From positions 2,170,001 to 2,234,000 of the forward strand of contig OZ218950.1 in assembly GCA_965112735.1 (NCBI GenBank): a DNA stretch of 64,000 nt. Reading direction: 5' to 3'. The position numbers and the translations under genes are program-made. Within the stretch, counting starts at the first letter, position 1. Each line of letters opens with the position of its first letter. This document shows positions 1 to 10,100 of this stretch, piece after piece. The notes beneath the pieces were generated by a model. The model worked only from the letters and a program-made list of their open reading frames with translations, was not told the origin of the DNA and did no database searches. The DNA is from Phaeosaccion multiseriatum. Taxonomy: Eukaryota; Protista; Ochrophyta, other classes.

Positions 1-3000
1 TCGACACCAAGAAGAGACTCCTGGAGGACGCTGAAAGGATCCAACTAGCCATGGATCAGGAAGAGCCACCCTCCGTCCAAGGCATCAGCAAGGCACAGAC
101 CATGCCGCTGGTGGTGGTGGAGGACGACGACCTGGATCTGGAGTTGTCGGGCTTGACGGGCGAGAAACCCGGCGAGAGACCGCGCTTAGCTTCGAGCATG
201 AGCAGGCGTGATAGCTTCGCCGAGACCACACGCAGAGACAGTTTCAAGAGGTCCGCCTCCATTGGAGCCTTCGAGGACGTGGTTGAGGTAGGTGTATTGT
301 GTGTGTATATATATATATATGTGTGTGTGTGAGAGAGAGAGAGTGTGTGTGTGCCTTTCCTACCTCCGCTCGTAACAGCCGCACGACCCGTTCTGTCCGC
401 CTGCATGTAGTTTGTAGTGCGTGTGTTGGTGCATCTCTTTCTCTCCTCCCTCCATGCACCCAACCCAGTCCCCTCCACCTGTCCGTATCCAGCAACTCAT
501 CTCCCGCTTCCTTCTTCTTCTTCTTGTTCTTCTTCTTCTGCCTCCTCCTCCTCCTCCTCCTCCTCCTCCTCCTCCTCCTCGTCGTCGTCGTCGTCGTCGT
601 CCTCTGCTTCCCTCTCCCACCTTACCCACAACCCCCCACCCACAGCACGTTGAGGGTGAAGACTGGCTGAAGTTCTACCTGAACCCCTTCTCCGGTATGG
701 GTGAACTCGAACAACCCGTCACACTCAACCAGGAGAGCCTCAAGGAGCTTCGCCGCCAGCGGCAAGTCAAGGTACCGCATTACGACCGCCCCTCCGATCG
801 GGAGTATGTCGATAACTACATTTGCCACATGGGTGTGGGCGGGTTCCATCGTTCTCATGAGGCGTTTTACACAGACGATGTGCTCAACTCGGGTTCGAGT
901 CCTTCCTGGGGCATTTGCGGCATTGGCCTCATGCCTTGGTGAGTGAGTGAGAGGGGGAGGTAGGAGGGGATGGCAGTAGACGGTTGTAGGGAAGGGCCTC
1001 GCCTCGAGGGAGGAGGAGGAAGAGGAGTTGTTATTATTGTTTTTGTTGTTGTTGCGTTCCACCGTGCCGGGCTTTTGTCCTGCCCCACTTCTACCACTGC
1101 TGCTGCCACTAATACTACTATTACCACCACCACCGCACTATTTATCCATACTGCTGCTGCTGCTGTATCACCAACTACTGCACTGGCACTGCATTGGCAG
1201 GGACTCGAAGATGTACAACATTCTCAAGAAGCAAGACTACCTCTACACCCTCCTCACTCGCTCCCCCAACCTCCATGAGGCGAGGGTGATTGGAAGTATT
1301 GTTGACTTCATTCACGCACCGGAGGATCACTCCAAGGCCATTGCGAAGCTGGCCAACCCCTCCACTCGGATCGTGTCTTTGACGGTTACGGAAAAGGGGT
1401 ACTGTACGGACAACGAGGGCAAGTTGGACAAGAAGAACAAGCTCGTGCAGCACGACTTGGAAACCGATTTGGCGACGCCACAGAGTGCCATCGGCATGAT
1501 CATCGCGGGTCTCCGACGCCGGAAGGAGGAGGGGACTCCGAGTTTCACCGTCATGTCCTGCGACAACTTGCCGGAGAATGGAGATAAGATCAAGAGCGTG
1601 GTGCTGGAGATGGCGGGGGAGGTGGACCCAGTGCTGCGTGAGTGGGTGGCGGAGAACACCACCTTCCCCAACACCATGGTCGATCGTATCACCCCCGCCA
1701 CCGAGCAGGTATGGCACCCGTGTGTGCGTGTGGGTGGGTGGGTGGGTGGGTGGGTGGGTGTGGGTGTGTGCGTGTGTGTGTGTGTGCGTGTGTGTGTGAC
1801 AGGGGGGGCGGGGGGTGAGAGTGTGAGAGAGGGTGGGTGTGTGGGGTGTGGGGGTATGGGGGGGGCAGTGCAAGGTGTGGGGGGGGTGTGTTTGGGCGTG
1901 GGTGGATGTGTGGGTGCGCACGTGCGCGCGTGTGTGTACAGTGTAGCGTGTCAGGTCCTTTTGTTTCGGAGGGGAGGGAGGGAAGGGGGAGGAAGGCATG
2001 CGTTACGTTGCCGCATCCACGACGTTGGGTTGAGAGTATTGTGCTGCGTCAGTTCAGCTCAGCGTTGCACAAAGGAGCGCATTCCTACCTGGCTATACCC
2101 GCTTCCTCACGCACGCACACGCACACACACACACACACACACACATCCAGGAGCATATCGAGATTCTGAAGAAGGATTACATGGTTGCGGACGAGTGGCC
2201 GGTCATCGCTGAGGACTTCCATCAGTGGGTGAGTGAGTGAGTGAGGGAGTGACAGTGAGTGGGTGAGTGAGTGAGTGAGTGAGTGAGTGAGTGAGTGAGT
2301 GAGTGAGTGAGTGAGGGAGTGACAGTGAGTGGGTGAGTGAGTGAGTGAGTGAGTGAGTGAGTGAGTGAGTGAGTGAGTGAGTGAGTGAGTGAGTGAGTGA
2401 GTGAGGGAGTGACAGTGAGTGGGTGTGCGAGTGTGCCCTGTTTCGGCGGTTGGGTGCAAGTGTGGCCTCTCCATCTCAGGAGGGGACAGCGGGCAGACGG
2501 GAACAGAAGAACACGGACATGAAAGGCGAACGGACCGGCAACTCTCTCCCTCTCTCTCCCTCTCTCTCTCTATCTCTCTCTTCTCTCTGTGTTTGTTCTC
2601 TCCCTTCTCCTCCCTCTCTGCAACCCTTTACTCTATGCCCTCCCTCTCTCAATCCCTTTCTGTCCCGCCCCTCTCACTGTCTCCCATGTTTCTCTCTCTT
2701 TCCTTCGATCTCTACACATCCTCTCTCTCCGTCGTCCCCCCCTCTTCTCTATCCCTTCCCCCCTATTACCCCCTCCCCTCTCCCTCTCTCCATCCCTCCC
2801 TCCCTCTCATGTTGGTCATCCACCCAGGTCATCGAGGACCACTTCTGTGACGGTCGACCCGACTGGGGCTCTGTGGGGGCCATGCTTGTCGATGACGTCA
2901 AGCCCTATGAATTCATGAAGCTTCGCCTGCTCAATGGTGGACACAGCTCCCTCTCCTACATTGGCTACCTCTCTGGGTACACGTGAGTGGTGCACAAGTG

Positions 3001-4579
3001 GTGTTACGCGGGTGGTGTGTATTCGTGTGTGCGCCTCCACTTCTCCCTCTCTCTCTGTCTTGCTACCAGAGCATCTCACCGCCCTTCCACCACCCTGTCT
3101 GTACCCTCCTCCTCCTCCTCCTCCTCCTCCTTCTCCTCTTCCTCCTCCTCCTCCTCCTCCTCCTTCTCCTCTTCCTCCTCCTCCTCCTCCTCCTCCTCCT
3201 CCTCAACGACTGCATGGGTCTGTTGGTTCTCCAGCTACGTGGATGACGCCATGAACGATGATGTAGTCGCAGGGCTTATCAGAGCCTACTTCAGGGAAAT
3301 GTCGCGCACCCTTGGAGAAGTGCGTGTGCCAGCAGAGATGGGATGAAGGGAGGGGCTGGAGGAGAGAGGGGTGGGGAGAGTAGAGGAAGGGGGAAGGGGA
3401 AATGAGGAGAGAGGAGGAGAGGGAACCCGAGCCGTATGATGCCTTTTCTCCCACCCACACACCGTCCACCCACCCCCTCTTCCCTCCTTTCAGGTGCCTG
3501 GCATCAACATTAGCGAATACGCTGAGAAGCTTGCTGAGCGCTTCGGAAACCCGTACATCAAGGACAAGCTCTCGCGGTATGTTTATGGATAAGTATGTGT
3601 GTGTGCGTGCGTTTATGCGCACCTGCGGCCCAATGTACCCGCTCACTCACTCACCCACTCACTCACTCAGTCCCCCACTCACCTACTCACTGATCCACCG
3701 CACCGAATCACCCCCTCCATCCCTCCCTCCCTCCCCCCCTCCCCTTCCTCCCCTCCCCTCTCCCCTTCCACCCTCAGACTGGCGGAAGACGGTTCAATGA
3801 AGATGCTCAACACTCTGAGAGAGGCCACGCTGGAGCTCACAGAGAGGGGTGAGCAGACCCGTCTCATCTCACTCGCCAACGCGTGCTTCCTTCTGTACAT
3901 GAAGGGCGAGGATGCCGAGGGTGACATTATTGAGATCAAGGACCCTCGCGCCATTGTGAGTACTGTACTGTACTGGCTGTTGCTGTGCTGTTGGTGTGCT
4001 GTGTTGTGTTTGCTTTCCTTTCGTTTTGGTTTTGTATTTGAATTGTGTGTTTTTTGAAGTCTTGTTTTGTATGTTTTTGTGCAGTTAGTGTACTTGCAAG
4101 TTTGCTCTCGTGCCTTGAGGTCTCCGCCTTTGCCTCCCTCTCTTTTCTCTCTTTCCCCCCTCGCTCTTTGTCTCCCCTTTTCGCCCTCTTTGTGAAGTCT
4201 CTCTCTCTATATATGTACATACGCATACGTCTCTCCATCTCTCTCCCCCTCGGTGTATCTCCCTCCGTGTGTGGTGACTGATACTCACCTCACTCATCAC
4301 CCCCTCCCTCCCTCCCTCCCTCCCTCCCTCCCTCCCTCCTTCCCTCCCTTCCCGCCTCCCCTCCAACAGGAGCTGCAAGACTTATCTCTGGACGCCCTCA
4401 AGGACAAGGAGCCCACCCCCAAGGCCTTCCTCACGGCGGTGTACGGCGAGAAGGTGTCTGCTCTGGAGGACTTTGTGTGCTCCGTGAAGAACCACATTGT
4501 GGAGATTCAAAGCAGGGGTGCCAAGGAGTATTTCCAAGCTGTACTGGAGGCGCTGGTGGGGGATGGTGGGGAGGAGTGA
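1..4579 (+). CDS. Mannitol dehydrogenase family (polyol-specific long-chain dehydrogenase; M2DH/M1PDH-like), 5' end probably outside the window
   Basis: GT-AG exons ~<1-287, 646-938, 1201-1708, 2151-2228, 2828-2982, 3235-3319, 3494-3576, 3778-3955, 4370-4579 join in frame. Motifs: HMGVGGFHRSHEA, SLTVTEKGY, SCDNLPENG, FPNTMVDRITP, EDFHQWVIED, YEFMKLRLLNGGHS, RFGNPYIKDKLSRLAEDG. Confidence 0.93.
2229..2424 (+). repeat. (GAGT)n microsatellite with three higher-order GAGGGAGTGACAGT interruptions, intronic
   Basis: Direct reading; begins at the GT donor of the intron. Confidence 0.9.
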
Positions 4580-5086
4580 GGGGGAGTGAGGGAGTGCGTG
4601 CGTGAGGGAGGGATGGAAGAGAGCGGCAGCAGAAAGATAGGAGTGAGAGTGAGGATAGGACAGCAGCGGACAGACACTCTCCCCACGACGCGACGGAGTG
4701 GAGCTAGAGGGAGCGGGGCGTGGTGTGCTGCTGCTGGTGCCCTTCTGATGCTGGCCAGGACGAAAAAAGGAGGAGGACGGGGGGGGGGGGGGGGGGCTGA
4801 ATTTGTGCAATAGGAATGAATGGGTGTGGGGGCTTTAAACATTGGGGTACTTAGAGAGAAGCAGGATAGAATCAATAATCATGCGGCATGGAGGGCGTGG
4901 TGAAAGTTGTGGGAGATAGAAGAGAGCCCACTCACTTCCAAGAAAAATCCCGTTTTAGAGACATCTCACCCTTCCATCCCAAACTGCTGTTTTAGCGAGT
5001 TTGAACATGCGCATCGTGTTGCCCTCGTCGAAGAAAGTCGAATGGCGGCATCGTTGCCTCCTGCAACCTCCAGCAAGTTCAGTTCT

Positions 5087-5500
5087 ATGGCCCTGTTCCT
5101 TACGTAAGGGCCATGCGGGTCTTACGTAAGGGTGTCTTGCAGCCCAAAGGGCCCTCCCCCCCCCCACCCTATCGCCGAAATTTGGGCCTCCCGATAAAGT
5201 GCCTGTATCGCCGAAATTTGGGTACGCGTCCCAGGTAGGCGTGGGGTAAGGGGAGTCCAACAACGCCCTCCTCTTTTGTAGCATTAGTGGCACTGCCAAG
5301 AGAAGAGAAGGGGAAAAACTCCTATCGTGGGCGCTCACGCGCACGCGCACACAGAACAAATAAGCAGAGAAACAGAAGTAAAAGCGAAAGGGGGAAAGTG
5401 GGGCTGGTTGCGAGGTGAGAGAGCGTGCGATCCGAGACGCACTATTCACTATCCGCTATCGCCGGCGCCAGCCGATCCGCTATCGAGAATGTGGGCGATA
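5087..5500. promoter_or_regulatory. Motif array upstream of the 5S gene
   Basis: Palindrome CTTACGTAAG at 5099 and 5121; TATCGCCGAAATTTGGG at 5170 and 5206; ATCCGCTATCG twice (~5451, ~5475); further TATCG copies on both strands. Function unknown. Confidence 0.45.
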
Positions 5501-5584
5501 GTTGGTGTCTTCCGAAGAAGATGAGGGAAAAATGAGAGCCTCCGATTTTTGTACTATAGAAATTTCCAAATGTCCAACACTTTC

Positions 5585-5702
5585 ACGGACGGCCATATCA
5601 CATCGAGAATACCCGAACCCGTCCGATCTCGGAAGTCAAGCGATGTCGAGCCGATTTAGTACTACGGTGGGGGACCACGTGGGAATCGTCGGTGCTGTCT
5701 GT
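5585..5702 (+). rRNA. 5S ribosomal RNA (single dispersed copy)
   Basis: 118 nt, ACGGACGGCCATATC...CCCGTCCGATCTCGGAAGTCAAGC...TTAGTACTACGGTGGGGGACCACGTGGGAA...GTGCTGTCTGT. The 5' and 3' ends pair (helix I), ACATCG/CGATGT pair (helix II), box A- and box C-like elements are present, and a TATA-like TACTATAGAAA lies near -30. Confidence 0.96.
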
Positions 5703-5712
5703 TTTTTTTTTC
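5702..5712 (+). terminator. RNA polymerase III oligo-T terminator of the 5S gene
   Basis: Run of about 10-11 T immediately after the 5S 3' end. Confidence 0.9.
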
Positions 5713-6309
5713 TCATGCCAAAAACAGTTTTACATTGTAGTTCTTTTTTGGTCCTGTGTTATCGCTGCCCTACACACAGCTCAGTCCAGTCCGGTACGAA
5801 ACGATCCTTGTCCTTAGTTGATTCTGCGAGGATTGATCAGTCACTCACAGTAAAAAAAAAAATAAAAATAAAATAATCCGTCGGCACCACCCCGTAGAAG
5901 AGTCCCCACCTCGAGGATGTGAGTGTCGCTCTCGCGATCCCCTCATGCTGCTGTCTGCTGTCGCCGATGTTCTGTGCACACTGGGTACCCTCCACCCTCC
6001 ACCCTCCAGCCAAGCAAGGGAGTGTCAGTTTCAGATTCGGTGTTACAGACCTTCTTTCATCGAGGGATGGGATGTATCGATCGGGTGCTTCTGCTGTGCT
6101 GACGGGACCGCTACAGGGAGAAGCGAGGTACACACGATCTCCCCCCCCGACCTTTCAGCTGTGCGCGTGGAGAGTAGACGAGCCGAGCCTGACCCCCTGG
6201 GAAATTCCAGTTTCAGTCCCGGGCTATTTGCCCTCCCACCGCCACGAGAGTTTGGCATTGCCCTTGAGACGGCAAGGAGGGCCTGTGGAGAGAGAGATAG
6301 AGAGCCAGG

Positions 6310-7005
6310 ATGGCGCCGGTGTCGTTGCAATCGCTGTTCCCTGTGGTCTTGCTTCTTTGCTCCGTGGACGGCGCCCACAGCCACTCGCAAACCCCTCCGT
6401 CCTCCACGTCCACATCCACACCCTCTGGAGCCGTATCAGCGGCAGCGGCAGCGGCTGAGGCAGCGAGAAGTACTCGCGGTGGGCAAAGCTCTTCGGCGAT
6501 CCAGAGCCTACCTGAGCGGCTGGAGCAGAAGCGGCGGAAGCGTCGGGGACAACGGTCTGGGGGCCGTGCTTCTGGCAATGCCAAGGGTGTATCAAAGGTC
6601 TCTGGACAGGTGGATGGCCTGAGAGAGGGAGAGGTTGCAGCAGCAGTGCAAGCAGGAGGATCAGGGGAAGCGGGGCCAGCAGAGGTTGCAAGTGGGGGGG
6701 ATGGGCAGGCAAGGGGAGGTAGCAGTAGGCGCAGGCAACGGCCCGGCTCACGGCCACAAGTAGCGGCGACACCAGAGAGACCACCACCAACAGCAGCAGC
6801 AGCAGCAGCAGTAGGAGCAGCAGCAGCGGGAGCTCAAGTAGGGGTGCATCCAGAGGATTCGTCCATCCAAGCGGTTGAGTCAGCTCCCGTGGGACAAACA
6901 GGACCTCCCGTTGAGGCTGAGGCAGGCACAGCAGTGGTGCAATCCTCACCACCACCCTCATCTTCATCATCATCATCATCATCGTCATCGTCATCATCAT
7001 CGTTG

Positions 7006-7040
<35 letters not shown>

Positions 7041-7086
7041 TTCATCCGTCTTGCCTCCACTCTCGCCGAACTTGCCACCGCGAGAC

Positions 7087-7121
<35 letters not shown>

Positions 7122-10100
7122 GGCACCCCAACTAGACGAGGGAGTCAAAGACGCAACGGTGGAGAAGTTAGAGCAGCCTTTGGTGGGCGAGCTAGCCGAG
7201 GGGGCGGAGAGCGAGGTAGGGGTTGAGGGGGGGGGCGTGGGGGAGACGGATCAGCACGGAGCAGCAATGCATGTGGTGAAGAGGGACGGGTCTTCCGAGC
7301 CCGTCATGTTTGATAAGATAACAGCACGAATTCAGCGACTGTGTGATGGCTTGGACAATGATTACATTGACCCCATCCTCGTGGCTCAGAAAGTGGTGCA
7401 GGGCGTTTACAATGGAGTGCGAACGAGCGAGGTACGTATAGAGAGAGGGGAGGAGGAGGGCTTGCACCACAGGGTGGCGCTGGGGTGAAGGGCGTCTGTA
7501 TTTGCCACAGCAGACAGGGCAAGAGTAGGGAAGGGAAGGGGAGGAGAGGGGAGGAGGGTCGGGGAGAGGTACATGGACTGGGCAGGGCAGGGTCGGGCAA
7601 ATCAGACTGCGAACGAAGGGTTTTTGGCATTGGGGAGAGCGTATTGCGTGAGTGAGAAGAGAGTGAGGGAGAGGGATGAAGCACATAGAAGGGGGATAAC
7701 GAACAGAACTTACATAGAATAGAGAGCTTGCGGTTGCGTCGATGAGAGTGAGTGTGGTGGAGTGTTGAAAGAGCTGCTGAGAAGGAGCAGGTGGGGGCGG
7801 TGATGGAGGAAGAGAAGGAGAAGGAGCAGGAGCAGGATGGGAAAGCTCAATGAAAGCCGCGAATGCAGTGCGCACACGCTAACCTCGTGTTTCCCTCCCT
7901 CCCCCCGCCCTCTCTTTGTCTCCTCTGTACACCCCCCCCCTCCCTCTCCCCCCCCCCACTCCTTCCCTCTCTCTCTCCTCCCTACCCCCTCCTTCCCTCC
8001 TTCTCTCCTTCCCCCTCCCCCTCCTTCCCTCCCTCTCTCCTTCCCCTCCCCCTCCTTCCCTCCCTCTCTCCCTCCACCCCCGCCCCCTTCCCCACCCGAA
8101 CAGCTCGACACTCTCGCAGCAGAGACGTGTGCATACATGAGCACAGAGCACCCGGACTACGGTCGGCTCGCAGCGAGGGTCACAGTCTCCAACCTTCAAA
8201 GGAGCACCTCCTCCTCCTTTTCGGACACTGTGCATAGACTCCACTCTTACATAGACCCACACACAGGGGAAGACGCAGGCATTATCTCAGACGAGGTGTG
8301 TGTGTGTGTGTTTGTGTGTGAGGAGCGTGAAGGAGAGGAGCTGGCTGCTCCTTTTCCTCGATTACTCTCGTGCTCATCTGCTGCTCGCCCCCTCCGCCTT
8401 TGTTTGGCCTTTGCTCGTCTCTGCTCTGCCATCCTCACCTCTCCCCTGTTCTCTCGTCTGCTCTACTTTCCTCTCTCTCTCCCGTCTTCTCTCCCCTCCT
8501 CTGCTGTGTTCTATTTGCTCTCAGACATACCGAGTAGTGATGGCGCACCATGACGTCATCAACAAGCGCATTGATTACACAAGGGACTTCAACTTTGACT
8601 ACTTCGGTGCGTCAGCGAGCAGCTTGGACATTGCAGTGGATGGGGAACGCTGATAACCAAGAGGGGGGAGCTGGGGGGCTGCTGGCAGTGAATCGGGGGG
8701 GGGGGGGGGGGGGGGTCGTGAGGGTCCGACTCACGACGATTGAGAAGCTCGAGACCGGCCAGGAGGTGGACAAGGGAGATAGAGAGAAAGGGAGGGAAAG
8801 ATCAGCAGACCTGGGATCTGGCGAGTGAAGTGTTTTGTGCGCCTTGTTCAAAGTTGGTCGAACTGTTTATTTCGTATTTCGAGTTTTGCTCTCGCGTGTT
8901 CCCATCACTCACTCACTCGGTCATCCACCCACTCTTTCACTCATCCACTCACTCACTCGCCCATTCAATCCCTCTCTCACCCACTCTCTCAGCCACTAAC
9001 TCACTCACTCACTCACCCACTCACTCATTCACTCACTCACTCACTCACTCACTCACTCATTCGCCCACCCACAGGCATCAAGACGCTGGAGCGTGCGTAC
9101 CTGCTGAAGCTTGACAATCGCATTGTGGAGCGTCCTCAGCACATGTTCATGCGTATCGCCATAGGCATCCACGGGGAGGACCTGGAGGTTAGTGGAGGTT
9201 AGGGACGAGGGGAGGGGGCAGACAAGGGAGAGAGAGAGAGACAGAGAGTAGAGGGACAGCCACAGAGAGAGAAAAGACAGGGAGAGAAGAGAGGGGCAAT
9301 GTGCTGCGGTGTGACTTGATTGATCGATTGGAGCAACACGGTCCGCTCAAAACCTACACACGCCTTGGCTGCCCTGCTCGGCCCTCCTGACCCTCGCCTC
9401 TCACCCCCCCTCCCTCCCTCCCTCCCTCCCTCCCTATGTTCTTCCCTCCATCCCTCTGTCCTTCCCTCCCTCTGTCCTTCCCTCCCTCCCTCTGTCCTTC
9501 CCTTCCTCCCTCCCTCCCGCCCTCCCTCCCGCCCTCCCGCCCTCCCTCCCGCCCTCCCTCCCTCCCTCCCTCCCTCCCTTCCCTCCTCCCTGCCCCCCTC
9601 CCTCTCACCCCTCTCAGGCGGCTTTCGAGACGTATGAGCTCATGTCTGACAAATGGTTTATACACGCCTCTCCCACGCTCTTCAACGGGGGCACTCGGCA
9701 GCCGCAATTGTCTTCCTGCTTCCTGCTTACTATGCAGGTGCGCTAGTGTCAGTGGGGGTGGCAGGGGATGGCAGGGGATGGTAGGGGATGGTAAGGGAGG
9801 ACAGGGGATGGTAAGGGAGGACAGGGGATGGTAGGGGTGGCAAGAGATGGGAGGGAATGGTAGGGGATGGCAGGGGATGGCAGGGGATGGCAAGAGATTG
9901 CAGGGGATGGTAGGGGATGGCAGGGGATGGTAGGGGATGGTAGGGGATGGCAGGGGATGGTAGGAGATGGTAGGGGATGGCAGGGGATGGTAGGGGATGG
10001 CATGAGATTGCAGGGGATGGTAGGGGATGGCAGGGGATGGCAGGGGATGGCAGGGGATGGCAAGAGATTGCAGGGGATGACCCGGGATAGAGATGTCAAG

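Noticed and set aside
5751-5810. Hammerhead ribozyme (CGAAAC present)
   Set aside because: No CUGANGA core in the required arrangement on either strand.
5585-5876. 5S-derived SINE with A-rich tail
   Set aside because: The 5S is full-length with an immediate oligo-T terminator, and no target-site duplication is seen.
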